This document shows positions 10,023 to 19,885 of a stretch of 64,000 bases of DNA, piece by piece (position 1 is the first letter of the stretch; each line of letters starts with the position of its first letter). The notes under the pieces were generated by a model. It was not told where the DNA came from. It worked only from the letters and a program-made list of their open reading frames with translations, and ran no database searches. The position numbers and the translations under genes were made by a program. This DNA comes from an uncultured bacterium (GTDB lineage: Bacteria; Desulfobacterota_D; UBA1144; Nemesobacterales; UBA2774): contig CAVPJU010000010.1 of assembly GCA_963705505.1 (NCBI GenBank), positions 96,001-160,000 of the forward strand, written 5' to 3'.

Positions 10023-11051
10023 TTGAGAGCGATGGTGCTTGAAAAAATAACATCCGTTCACGAAAACACGGAGCCGCTCCGTCTGAAAGACGTACCCGTG
10101 CCTTCCCCCGGCGAGGGCGAGGTGCTGATACACGTCTCTGCGTGCGGGGTGTGCCACACGGAGCTGGACGAGATAGAAGGCAGGACGCCTCCCCCGAAAT
10201 TTCCCGTCATACCCGGGCACCAGGTGGTCGGCACCGTCGAGAAAGCCGGTAAAGGCGTTACTCGCCACAAAGAAGGGGACAGGGTAGGCGTCGCGTGGAT
10301 ATTCTCCTCCTGCGGGAAATGCGGCTACTGCCTCGAAGGGAACGATAACCTCTGTCCCGATTTCATGGCTACCGGAAGGGACAGGGACGGCGGCTATGCG
10401 GAGTATATGATAGCGAAAGAGGACTATGCGTTCCCGATTTCCGGTTCGTTTTCAGACGCTGAAGCTGCGCCCATGCTCTGCGCAGGGGCGATAGGCTACA
10501 GATCACTCAGGCTCACAGGCATTGAGGACGGCCGGAATCTGGGATTAACCGGGTTCGGAGCCTCGGGCCACCTCGTATTGAAAATGGCGCGTTATATGTA
10601 CCCCCGGACGGGGATATATGTTTTCGCGAGGAGCGCGGCCGAAAGGGAGTTCGCGAAGGAGCTGGGCGCTGTATGGGCCGGCGATACCGGGGACCTCCCT
10701 CCCGAAAAGCTCGACGGCATCATAGATACCACGCCCGCCTGGAAGCCTGTAGTCGAGGCGCTTAAGAACCTCAACCCTGAAGGGAGACTCGTCATAAACG
10801 CGATAAGGAAAGAGGACGCAGATAAGGACTATCTGCTCAGGCTCGATTATCCCCTGCACCTCTGGATGGAGAAGGAGATAAAGTCGGTCGCAAATGTGAG
10901 CAGGAGGGACGTCAGCGAGTTCCTCACTCTCGCGGCGGAAGTACCGATAATACCGGAAGTCGAGGAGTACGCGCTCGAAGATGCGAACACTGCGCTTATC
11001 GAATTGAAAGAAGGAAAGATAAAAGGGGCCAAGGTGCTGAGAATGGTATAA
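10023..11051 (+). CDS. Zinc-dependent alcohol dehydrogenase family protein
   Basis: CGVCHTE, PGHQVVG, structural Zn CxxCxxC-x7-C, GFGASG. Confidence 0.93.
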   Translation: MRAMVLEKITSVHENTEPLRLKDVPVPSPGEGEVLIHVSACGVCHTELDEIEGRTPPPKFPVIPGHQVVGTVEKAGKGVTRHKEGDRVGVAWIFSSCGKCGYCLEGNDNLCPDFMATGRDRDGGYAEYMIAKEDYAFPISGSFSDAEAAPMLCAGAIGYRSLRLTGIEDGRNLGLTGFGASGHLVLKMARYMYPRTGIYVFARSAAEREFAKELGAVWAGDTGDLPPEKLDGIIDTTPAWKPVVEALKNLNPEGRLVINAIRKEDADKDYLLRLDYPLHLWMEKEIKSVANVSRRDVSEFLTLAAEVPIIPEVEEYALEDANTALIELKEGKIKGAKVLRMV

Positions 11052-11086
11052 TAAACGTGATACGACTGTTATACGCTTTTTCATTT

Positions 11087-12654
11087 ATGAATTCGTCAAG
11101 AGAAGAAAGCCGCAATAAGTCCGCATACTTCATTCTGAGCGGTCCTGAGTACCGTGACGATATAATTGCGAAAATCAGGAACGATATTTCTATAAGCCCC
11201 GACAGCTCCCGTGACATCAAACAGGTCTTCTTCGATACCTTCGATCACAGGCTTTATAAGAAGGGGTATCTGCTTACTATGGAAGACGGACACTATGCAC
11301 TCCGGAATTCGGCAAATGAAATGGACCTTTCTTCCCCATGCTCAGGTACCGACGACCGCCCCAGATTCTGGCGGGACTTCCCCGAAGGCCGTTTCAGGGA
11401 GGAGCTCCGCCCCGTGATCGATATAAGGGCGCTCATTCCGATTATAAGCGTGAAGAGCAGTGTGAAAGAGCACCATGTGGTCAACGAAGACGAGAAGACG
11501 GTCGTACACCTGAATTTCGAGGAGATCACAGTCGATATCGAGAGCTATGAGAGTAACCCCGTTTATGTGCTGGAAGCGGCGCCCGTCAGGGGTTATGCGG
11601 ATGAATTCAGCGATATGATACGTTACCTCTCGGACATGGGACTCGAGCGGGAGGAGGGGAATATACTCTCTATCGCGCTCAGAGCGGCGGGCAGAAAGAC
11701 CGGGGATTATTCGTCCAAGGTCACCGTCGCGCTCGATCCCGACATGGGTGCGGCGGCCGCGCTCAAGCTAATATTGACCAGTCTGCTTGAAACGATGAAG
11801 AAGAATGAAGAGGGGATAATCCGGGACATTGATACCGAGTTCCTTCACGACTTCAGAGTAGCGGTCAGAAGGACGCGCTCGGCTCTCACGCTCATAAAAG
11901 GCATATTTCCCGACACGATCAAAGAGAGGTTCAAAACCGATTTCGCAGGTATAGGCAAAAAGTCAAACGAGCTCCGCGATCTCGACATCTATCTCCTGAG
12001 AAAAGAGCAGTACATGGAAATGCTCCCGCCCGGACTCAGGCCCGGTCTCGAGAATCTTTTCGAAATAATACGCCTCGAAAGGGAGGACGCGCACCGTGAA
12101 TTCGTGAGAGAGCTCGAGGTCCGATTCATACAGGCACAGCATCGAGTCCTGGGAAAATTTTCTGAACGAGCCGGTTAACAGCGAAGGCGTCACGGAAGCG
12201 GCGGGCGCGCCTGTAATCGGTCTCGCGAAAAAACGCATTCGCAAAAGGTACAAGCAGGCCGTCAGGCTCGGGAAGGAAATAGACGAGAGCTCGCCCGACG
12301 GGGACCTCCACGCGCTCAGGATAGAATGCAAGAAGCTCAGGTATTATCTCGAATTCTTCGAGTCCCTGTTTCCCGAGAGCGAGGTAAGGGACGTCATAAG
12401 GCACCTCAAGATATTGCAGGACAACCTCGGCGATTTTAACGACCTCCGCGTTCAGCAGGACAGGCTCAGAGGCTATATATCGAAGATGGATTCCTCTGAA
12501 AGAGCAGGTTACAGCATCGCGGCTGCGGGCGGGCTCATATCACGGCTCTACGAGACGGCAGAAGGAGATCAGGTCCGAATTCTCTCAGAGGTTCGAGGAA
12601 TTCTCGGGCAGTGAGATGAAAGAGCTGTTTGAAAAATTGTTTTCCGGCAATTAG
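11087..12654 (+). CDS. CHAD domain protein with N-terminal CYTH-like region (two apparent +1 frameshifts, ~12118 and ~12555)
   Basis: EFLHDFRVAVRRTRS, LHALRIECKKLRY and LQDNLGDFND CHAD motifs spread over three frames; removing one base at each site restores a single ORF ending TAG 12654. Confidence 0.88.
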
Positions 12655-12666
12655 AGTATTCACTCT

Positions 12667-13437
12667 ATGATTACGATCGCTCTCTACAGCATGAAGGGCG
12701 GAGTCGGCAAGACCGCCGCCGCGGTGAACCTCGCCTACCTCGCCTCCGCATACGGCTTCCGTACACTGTTATGCGACCTCGACCCGCAGGGGGCGTCTTC
12801 TTATTATTTCCGCATCAAGGCGTCCCGGAGCTTCAATTCGAGCAAGTTCATAAAGGGCGGCAGAAACATAGACGAGAATATAAAGGGGACGGATTATCCG
12901 AAGCTCGACCTGCTCCCCTCCAAGCTCTCATTCCGGAACCTCGACCTCACTCTCGACGAGATGAAGAAATCCAAGTCGCGTCTGAAAATGGTTTTTCAGG
13001 AGATCGAGCACGAGTACGATTATCTGTTCCTCGACTGCCCGCCAGGCATATCGCTCGTCTCGGAGAACGTTTTCGTAGCTGCGGAATATATACTCGTTCC
13101 TCTCATACCTACGACTCTCTCCGTCATGACTTACGAGAAGCTGCTGGAATTTTTCAGGAAGAAGGAATACGACATAGGGAAGCTCTACGTCTTCTTCTCG
13201 ATGGTGGAGTCGAAAAAGAGCCTCCATATAGAGATTATGGAGAAGATCGAGTCGGGCGGAGAGAGAATACTCAGGTCACGCATACCGTACCGCTCTGATA
13301 TCGAGAGGATGGGCGTGTATCGCGAGCCGCTTCCCGCATATCTCCCAAAATCCGATTCGGCAGTGTTCTTCATGGACCTATGGGAAGAGGTCAGGAGGAT
13401 AACCGGGACGAGAGAGACTCAGGAGTCCGAGTCTTGA
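12667..13437 (+). CDS. ParA/Soj/MinD-family ATPase (orphan, no adjacent parB)
   Basis: Deviant Walker A KGGVGKT, DLDPQG, LDCPPG. Confidence 0.93.
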   Translation: MITIALYSMKGGVGKTAAAVNLAYLASAYGFRTLLCDLDPQGASSYYFRIKASRSFNSSKFIKGGRNIDENIKGTDYPKLDLLPSKLSFRNLDLTLDEMKKSKSRLKMVFQEIEHEYDYLFLDCPPGISLVSENVFVAAEYILVPLIPTTLSVMTYEKLLEFFRKKEYDIGKLYVFFSMVESKKSLHIEIMEKIESGGERILRSRIPYRSDIERMGVYREPLPAYLPKSDSAVFFMDLWEEVRRITGTRETQESES

Positions 13438-13465
13438 GGGTTCGAAAAATTAAATACGAGCTGAT

Positions 13466-13937
13466 ATGCCGAACGAGATAGAAAGGAAATTCCTTGTGAA
13501 AGAGATGCCCCGGGGGCTCGGGGATTACCTCGCGAGCGAAATAAATCAGGGCTATCTCGCCGTCACCGACGACGACACTGAGATAAGGATTCGTAAAAAG
13601 GGGGATGGGTATTACGAGACGGTGAAGTCGGGGAAGGGGCTCAAGAGAAAGGAAGTAGAGATCGAGATCGGGGAAAAAGTGTTTAACGCCCTCTGGCCGC
13701 TAACGGAGGGCATGAGAGTGGAGAAGACGCGCTATGACATCCCCTACGGCGGGCACGTCGTGGAGCTCGATGTGTATTCAGGCGGTCTCGCCGGCCTCGT
13801 CGTAGCCGAGGTCGAGTTCGCCGACGGTGGAAGAGAGCGGAAAGTTCACCCCTCCCGCGTGGCTCGGCAGGGAGATAACGGACGACATCAGATACAGCAA
13901 CAGACACCTCGCGCTTTACGGCAAACCTGTCGATTAA
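13466..13937 (+). CDS. CYTH domain protein (triphosphate tunnel metalloenzyme), +1 frameshift ~13827
   Basis: EIERKFL, QGYL, EIRIR, EKTRY, ELDVY, AEVEF; the shifted frame continues PPAWLGREITDDIRYSN to TAA 13937. Confidence 0.9.
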
Positions 13938-13996
13938 TAGGTGCAGAATCTGCACACATATACGGTTTCTCCCTTTCCCCTCAGCCTAACCAATCG

Positions 13997-14172
13997 TGTC
14001 ATTGCGAGCGCAGCAATATTAAGAAAAAAGATGAGATCCTGAATCAAGTTCAGGATGACGAAAGAGAGATCGCCACGGCTATAAGACAGCCTCGCGATGA
14101 CAAAAAAAGTTGTCATTCCCGACACCGATCGGGGATCCAGTTTTTTGATCGCAACTGGTAGCCGCTCCTGCA
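13997..14172. repeat. Cluster of nested REP-like palindromes
   Basis: TGTCATTGCGAG (13997) pairs with CTCGCGATGACA (14091-14102) around GAGATCCTGAATCAAGTTCAGGATGAC; followed by TGTCATTCCCGAC..TCGGGGATCC and a GTAG-like unit on the minus strand (14146-14172). Confidence 0.75.
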
Positions 14173-14229
14173 AGGTGTTGGCGAGATATTTTCAGACGCA
14201 GGTCAAAAAACTACCCTCTTTGACTTAAA

Positions 14230-15541
14230 CTACTTCCCTCCGAACGGGTCCTTCATCTCCGGGTGCCAGAGCTTGAAGTGGTTCTTGTGTACGTCCGTAT
14301 ACGCCCCTTCGGTGTAGTACTTGTCGTAGAATTCGAGGTCTAAATGGTGCGCCTGGAAGACGAGCCTCGTGAACATCGGGATCCAGGAACGCGGGGAACC
14401 TCCCGTAATTCTCATAAACGTATGTGCAGAAATCCTTCACTATCTCTATCCTGACCTCGCTCGGGTGGTACTCGTCCGCGAGCACGCCCCCGGGGTTCTT
14501 GTAAGGGTAGGGGTTGTCCTCCTCCCAGAACCTCCCCCTCATGCGGAGGAATTTGTCCACCGCCTCGCCCATGTCCTTCACATACGGCGGGCATAGCGCC
14601 TCGAACACACCGTCCCTCCCCACCGGCACAGGAGGCTTAGCGCTCCTCACGGTCTTCTCAGGGTTAGTGAACCTGAACCCGAGCCCCTTGTAATCGGGGT
14701 GAACGCCCAGAGCATAGTGCGGAAGAAGTCCAGTAAATGCCCATCCGCCCAATCCCAACCCCTGTAATGCGAGGTTCATGTTCTGGCAAATGAACGCCTG
14801 CTCCACGTTGAGCGTGGTCAGTACCCTCAGCTCAAGATCGAACAGCGACAGCTCGACGTCCTTCCTTATGTATCCCTTCTCTATCCATTTATCGAGACCG
14901 CACGACCTCCCGCCGTTTAACTCGTCGATGATGTTAAACCCGTACTTCGCGCCGAAGTAAATAAAGAGCAGCACCATGTACTCGACCGTCGTGTTCGTTA
15001 CCGGGACGAAGAACGTAGTCCCCGGACGGTTGCAGTTCCACGCGTTGAAATCGAATAATCCCGGCTCGCCCTTCGGCAGATCAGCCCTCCCGTCTTCGAG
15101 CTTTATCAGACTCTTTCTGAAGAGCTCGAGCACCTTCCCGAGCTTCTCCTCGTCCGACATGCCCCGGAAGATCAGGCTCTTCCCTTCTTCGGGCATAACG
15201 TCGTGGAGCCTCACCATATACACGCCGCTGTCGTTCGTGTAGAAGAGCTCCGTAGAATGAGAATTGCAGGAGCAGGGCCAGCTCCTCCCGGTCCATTGGA
15301 ATAGCCAGGAGATTCCGGTACGCGGAAGGTCGCCTAAAGAGAGCCCCGTCATGCCCGTCCCCGCCCAAATCAGGAACGCTTCTTCTAATTCGGAGAGAGG
15401 CACAGGCTCGTGTCGGGACTTGTGACTGAGAGTCCCCTCCTTTATCTCCATCCCGAGGCCGAACCTCCGCGACCGCCTCGTGAATATGGCGTCCATGAAT
15501 CCGAAATTAAGCGCGGCTTCAAGTCCTTCGGGGATGCTCAT
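14230..15541 (-). CDS. Nitroreductase-superfamily-like hypothetical protein (+1 frameshift ~14378)
   Basis: N-terminal RRSRRF FMN-binding-type motif and CQNMNLALQGLGLGGW; C-terminus (PMFTRLVFQAHHLDLEFY) lies in the adjacent frame ending at 14230. Confidence 0.7.
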
Positions 15542-15601
15542 AACGGTCTCCTATTCAGGGTTTTTGAATAGAATTACACGATTATGGGGCGATTGGAAAT
15601 A
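15513..15601 (+). repeat. Direct repeat copy 1 (~89 bp: first codons, RBS and upstream region of the 15541 gene)
   Basis: Near-identical to 16390-16478 (GCGGCTTCAAGTCCTTCGGGGATGCTCATAACGGTCTCCT...GATTATGGGG). Confidence 0.9.
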
Positions 15602-15659
15602 GGGGCGTGTGAGAATAAGGAGTAGTATCGCGGCTCGAAGCCGTTCCTAGAAGGTTAAA

Positions 15660-15765
15660 GGCGAAGCCGCTTTTCTCGCCTTCTTTCAAGGCCTGGCGTA
15701 AAGCGTTCAATTTGACTTCCCTCTATTCGAGTAGCCCCAACCCCGCCCGTATAGCTTCGCGTGAG
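15660..15765 (-). pseudogene. Remnant of a ParD-family (RHH) antitoxin gene
   Basis: Translation SREAIRAGLGLLE*REVKLNALRQALKEGEKSG matches the ParD pattern SEVIRAGLRLLEExEAKLxALRxAL.EGExSG; in-frame stop and missing N-terminus. Confidence 0.7.
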
Positions 15766-16262
15766 TTTATATCCCTATCCTCTGTCGGCACCGCCACCTT
15801 GTTGGAAGCAATCCGGAACACAGGAAATGCCGCCGCGATCTTTTCGAATTCCGCAAGAGCTGCATCCTTGTTCACCGGCACGTGGGGTCGCGCTCCCGGC
15901 GCCCGCTGCAGGTAAGCCCTCAAGATGGGTGCGCGCCGGTCGGCGGGAATCTCTTCGAGTTGTATGTCCTCGCGACCGCCGCTCCGGAGAACCGCTCTTC
16001 CACCGGCTGCCCGCACGTTCCGGACCCATTGCACGTTATCTCCGAGCATCGACACCAGGTAGCGCTGCCCATCGACGACGGCTATGACCACCGGCAACGA
16101 GAAGGTCTTCCCCGACTTTCGTCCGGTCACTTCCAATGTCTCCATGTAGTTGGAGGTGACGCCCGACGAGGCCACAGCAGCCGACGCTCGATTCAGAATC
16201 CTCGCAATCCAGTTGGGTCGCCTGCCACGGTACAACCATCGAGAGAAGTCGCTTAGAGTCAT
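15723..16262 (-). CDS. Deazaflavin (F420)-dependent nitroreductase/Ddn-like split-barrel oxidoreductase
   Basis: LEVTGRKSG, YLVS..G...WVRNVRAAG, FPVFRI motifs; the C-terminal tail reads into the ParD remnant. Confidence 0.8.
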   Translation of the reverse strand: MTLSDFSRWLYRGRRPNWIARILNRASAAVASSGVTSNYMETLEVTGRKSGKTFSLPVVIAVVDGQRYLVSMLGDNVQWVRNVRAAGGRAVLRSGGREDIQLEEIPADRRAPILRAYLQRAPGARPHVPVNKDAALAEFEKIAAAFPVFRIASNKVAVPTEDRDINSREAIRAGLGLLE

Positions 16263-16389
16263 CCAGGCCTCAGTACCTCTATGTCTTTTTATCTGACTTC
16301 TGACTACTTATTATACGGAAAGCTTCCATATTATTTTATAATTTTACCTTAAGTATCAGTTTACCATACCATCTGTTATCGCACCGGGG

Positions 16390-16478
16390 GCGGCTTCAAG
16401 TCCTTCGGGGATGCTCATAACGGTCTCCTTTCCGGTGTTTTTGAATAGGATTACATGATTATGGGGTGATTGGGAATA
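16390..16478 (+). repeat. Direct repeat copy 2
   Basis: Matches 15513-15601 with a handful of substitutions. Confidence 0.9.
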
Positions 16479-16580
16479 TTTGATTTGTGATCTTTGTATT
16501 ACGCTGGAACAGAAACTAGTGGTTAATATATAGCTCCATGCTCGGTAAGACGGTATAGTTTTCAGTTAGGAGGGGATGTA

Positions 16581-16808
16581 TTGAAAAAGAGGTATGATGA
16601 AGAACTAGCAAGGTCTGCGTTCACCAAATTCCTGAACACACGGCCAGAACAATATACAATCACATGGGAAACTGTTCCACAAGAGTTCGAGCCTCCAGAT
16701 TACTACATCAACATTAGAGGCATACGCTATGCTGTAGAGGTAACCGCTATTTTTGACCAAATTGAAATTAATGGAAAGGACTACTCCTTTCGTACTAAAA
16801 TCCAGTGA
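16581..16808 (+). pseudogene. Short/truncated protein with a PD-(D/E)xK-like motif
   Basis: AGGAGG RBS; PPDYYI...YAVEVT resembles a restriction-fold core; only 75 aa; AT-richer than the core. Confidence 0.4.
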
Positions 16809-16865
16809 GAAAAGTTGGATATTGTGTTAAGGTGGTGTCTGGTTTGGAATTGAGGATACTAATCA

Positions 16866-17336
16866 ATGAATGACCAAGAAAAAAGAGAACGCTACGAAGC
16901 TTTGGAGGCCCGTCGCGCTGAAGAGAGTGAACGGTTTTGGGATAGAAAAGCGCGCCTAAGCTACTACACCGTCTCCCTGCCAATCGCTATCTTCGGTGTT
17001 GCTATCGCTTCATATCCGTACACTAATGGTGCGGTTTATTCTGCTATGTTTGAGATCATGGCGTGGGTGCTATTACTCATATCTGGTGGGGCGGGTATTA
17101 TAGCGAAGTGGGGTGAAGCGGAGCAGTCGAGACAGTCATCCATCATAGCCTCAGCTGAAATACAACGTTATATGCAACATGGCGATAAGTTCACCCCTGA
17201 GTATTCAAAGGCTGTGTTAAATAAACAAGAACGGCTGTTTGAAGCAGAGGGCTGGGAATCACATGGCACTAAGTGGCACCTGATACTTTTAAGTAAACTC
17301 ATTACCTCCGAAACGTGCCATTTGTATTCTCCCTAA
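16866..17336 (+). CDS. Hypothetical membrane protein (2 TM helices + coiled region)
   Basis: GAGG RBS, two hydrophobic segments, atypical codon usage; C-terminus may be truncated. Confidence 0.6.
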   Translation: MNDQEKRERYEALEARRAEESERFWDRKARLSYYTVSLPIAIFGVAIASYPYTNGAVYSAMFEIMAWVLLLISGGAGIIAKWGEAEQSRQSSIIASAEIQRYMQHGDKFTPEYSKAVLNKQERLFEAEGWESHGTKWHLILLSKLITSETCHLYSP

Positions 17337-17501
17337 TTTTTATATAAAAATTAATCCGCACAATAATTATCGTGCATTTATTATTATTCGAATAATTTAA
17401 ACTATGAAGCATATCAAATCAATAGTCGACATAAGTTAAATTATCGGACATGCAAGATTGCTATGATCCAAGGTGGAATCTACCTTGAGGGGGCTGCCGC
17501 T

Positions 17502-18329
17502 TCACACCACCATGCGGGGGTAAAGGCGGGCTGCAAGTAAAACCAGAGCTGCGAAGATCACGGCCAGGATGCCGAAATCGAACGCAAGCCCGAATTCCGG
17601 CTTTACGCCCTGTATCATAAGCGATCTCAGGGCATCGACTTGATAAGTAAGCGGATTGAACGATGAAACGGTGCGCAGCCATCCGGGCATAAGCGAGATC
17701 GGATATATGGCGTTGCTCGCGAAGAAGACCGGCATTGTGATGAGCTGACCTATCCCCATGAACCGCTCGCGCGTCTTGACGAGGCAGGCGATAATCAGCG
17801 ACAGGGTAGAAAAAAGTCCGCACCCGAGCGAAATCAGAACGACGACGCCGAGAATATGAAGAGTGACGAAGCTGAGGTCTGCGCCCATTAGCCCGGCTAC
17901 GGCGTAAACTATAGCGCCCTGAAGGAGTCCCCGCACGCTTGCGGCAAGGGCCTTGCCGATTACGATGGCTGTACGCGGCGCGGGACTGACCAGCATCCGG
18001 TGAAGAATGCCCAGATCGCGGTCCCAGATGGCGGATATACCGAAGAAAATGGCGACGAACAGAACGCTTTGCGCGAGTATGCCTGCCGAGAGATAGTCGA
18101 CGTAGCTTATGTTGCCCGGAGACAGCCCCCGGACCCGCGCCATGACCTCTCCGAAAAGCAGCAGCCAGAGGAGCGGCTGCACGGCGCGCGACACAAGCTC
18201 TATCGGGTCGTGCCTGACCTTCTGAAGCTCCGCGCTCAGGACGCCCAGGACCTGCATGCAGTAATCGGCTGCCATCCCGGGGATTTTAGCTGCGGGATGC
18301 AATAGACCTGCGGTTTCGGCGTACTTCAC
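17502..18329 (-). CDS. ABC-2 type exporter permease (DrrB-like)
   Basis: QPLLWLLLFG, DRDLGILHRMLVSP, PVFFASNAIYP, NPLTYQVDALR. Confidence 0.9.
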   Translation of the reverse strand: MKYAETAGLLHPAAKIPGMAADYCMQVLGVLSAELQKVRHDPIELVSRAVQPLLWLLLFGEVMARVRGLSPGNISYVDYLSAGILAQSVLFVAIFFGISAIWDRDLGILHRMLVSPAPRTAIVIGKALAASVRGLLQGAIVYAVAGLMGADLSFVTLHILGVVVLISLGCGLFSTLSLIIACLVKTRERFMGIGQLITMPVFFASNAIYPISLMPGWLRTVSSFNPLTYQVDALRSLMIQGVKPEFGLAFDFGILAVIFAALVLLAARLYPRMVV

Positions 18330-19102
18330 GATAACCTCCTTCCTGCTGTTCGTCTGTCGTTTCTATGAGCCCGGAAAAAACATCGTCGAGTGTGGCATCC
18401 GCCCCCAGCCCGGCCTTCAGCTCGGACGGGGTGCCTGTGGCGATTATCTTACCTTTGTGGAGGAGAGCCATGCGGTCGGCGAGCTCTTCGACCTCCTCCA
18501 TATAATGTGTCGTCAGGATGATCGTCATCTGATGCTCTTCTCTCAGCGCCTGCACGTGCTCCCACACAGCCTTGCGGGCGACCGGGTCGAGCCCGACCGT
18601 CGGCTCGTCCATAAAGATGACGGAAGGCTGATGCAGCATGCTCTGCGCGATTTCAAGCCGCCGTATCATGCCGCCCGAATAGCTCTGTACGAGATCGTCG
18701 GCTTCTTCAGTAAGCTCCATGAATTCCAGAGCTTCTTTGATGCGCCCTGACTGCTCCGCACGCGGAATGGCGTAAAGCCGCGCCGAAAGAAGGAGGTTCT
18801 CCCGTCCCGTGAGCGCGCCGTCGGATGACAGGAGCTGCGGAATGTAGCCGATGCTCCGGCGCACATCCGTCGCCTGCCTGACGATATCGTAGCCCGCAAC
18901 CCTGGCCGTACCCGAGGCGGGGGGCAGCAGTGTCGTCAGCATCTTGATGATTGTGCTCTTGCCGGCGCCGTTCGGGCCTATGAGGGCAAAAATCTCCCCC
19001 GCGTCAACAGTGAAGGACACGGAGTCAACGGCTGTGAATTCGCCGAAAGTTTTGCTCAGGTTTTCAACATATAACAGCAGACTCTTTAACGTAGCTCAAC
19101 AT
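18286..19102 (-). CDS. ABC exporter ATPase (DrrA-like); true start probably ATG 19102 with a +1 frameshift ~19070
   Basis: GPNGAGKS, YSGGMIRRLEIA, DEPTVGLDP; the upstream VENLSKTFGEFTAVDSVSF region connects to ATG 19102 after removing one base. Confidence 0.9.
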
Positions 19103-19298
19103 TAATAAGATTACCCTATATACCAGTTATGAGAGAGAATTTTGTTAAATGGATGCAGGTGAATTGCTCAATCCGTAAAAGGAGCATCGTTCGCCCGTCA
19201 ACTCCGGGTTGAAGGAGAATGCCAAAATAACGCGTATCGATACATATAATGTGGTGAAGCTCGATGAATTGACTGATGTGGGCCCGGAAGGTGTTTGC

Positions 19299-19748
19299 TC
19301 AGCTAACCCGGCAGTCTTTGCAGACGCCGTTTAGGAGTATGGAGTAGCCTTTGATGTGGTAGTCGCCGAGGGTCTTGTCCGAGACGTCGAGCGTCGAAAG
19401 CGACTCGTCGTATATGTCCTCGACCTTCTTGCATTCGATGCACACGATGTGGTTATGGGGTGAGAGGTTCGCGTCGTAGCGAGCGGCGTTATAGAGCACG
19501 TTCACAACCGAAATCAGCCTCAGCTTCTCGAATGTTTCTAAAGTCCTGTAAACGGTAGTGAGCGAGATATTGGGGTAATAGTCCTTGATCTTCTTATAAA
19601 TAGTTTCAGTGCTCGGGTGCTGGTCGGTGGATGCAAGCTCCTTGTATATGGCTACCCTTTGCGGAGTAACCTTTATGCCGAGCTCCTTGCTCCGTTCAAT
19701 GAACTCATGAACCCTTTCCTTTATCATCTCTTCGGTGATAAAACTCAT
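19299..19748 (-). CDS. Fur/PerR-family transcriptional regulator
   Basis: TPQRVAI, HPSTE, ISLTTVYRTL, HNHIVCIEC and CKDC motifs. Confidence 0.92.
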   Translation of the reverse strand: MSFITEEMIKERVHEFIERSKELGIKVTPQRVAIYKELASTDQHPSTETIYKKIKDYYPNISLTTVYRTLETFEKLRLISVVNVLYNAARYDANLSPHNHIVCIECKKVEDIYDESLSTLDVSDKTLGDYHIKGYSILLNGVCKDCRVS

Positions 19749-19885
19749 TCTACACTCCCTGCTGAGATAATATTACACAATAAAAATAAAATATCCAGAG
19801 ATATAAATCAATAACGTATGGTGATTAATGGATAAATTTTACGGATTTCATGCCGCTCGGCACGGCCACTTGCATCTAATCGCCT

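Noticed and set aside
13938..14173. C-terminal extension of the CYTH ORF / ORF 13934-14173
   Set aside because: An artefact of the frameshift reading through non-coding palindromic repeats.
19858..19874. sigma54 promoter upstream of eda (CGGCACGGCCACTTGCA)
   Set aside because: GG-GC spacing is 11, not the obligatory 10; it would only be valid if one base is an insertion error.
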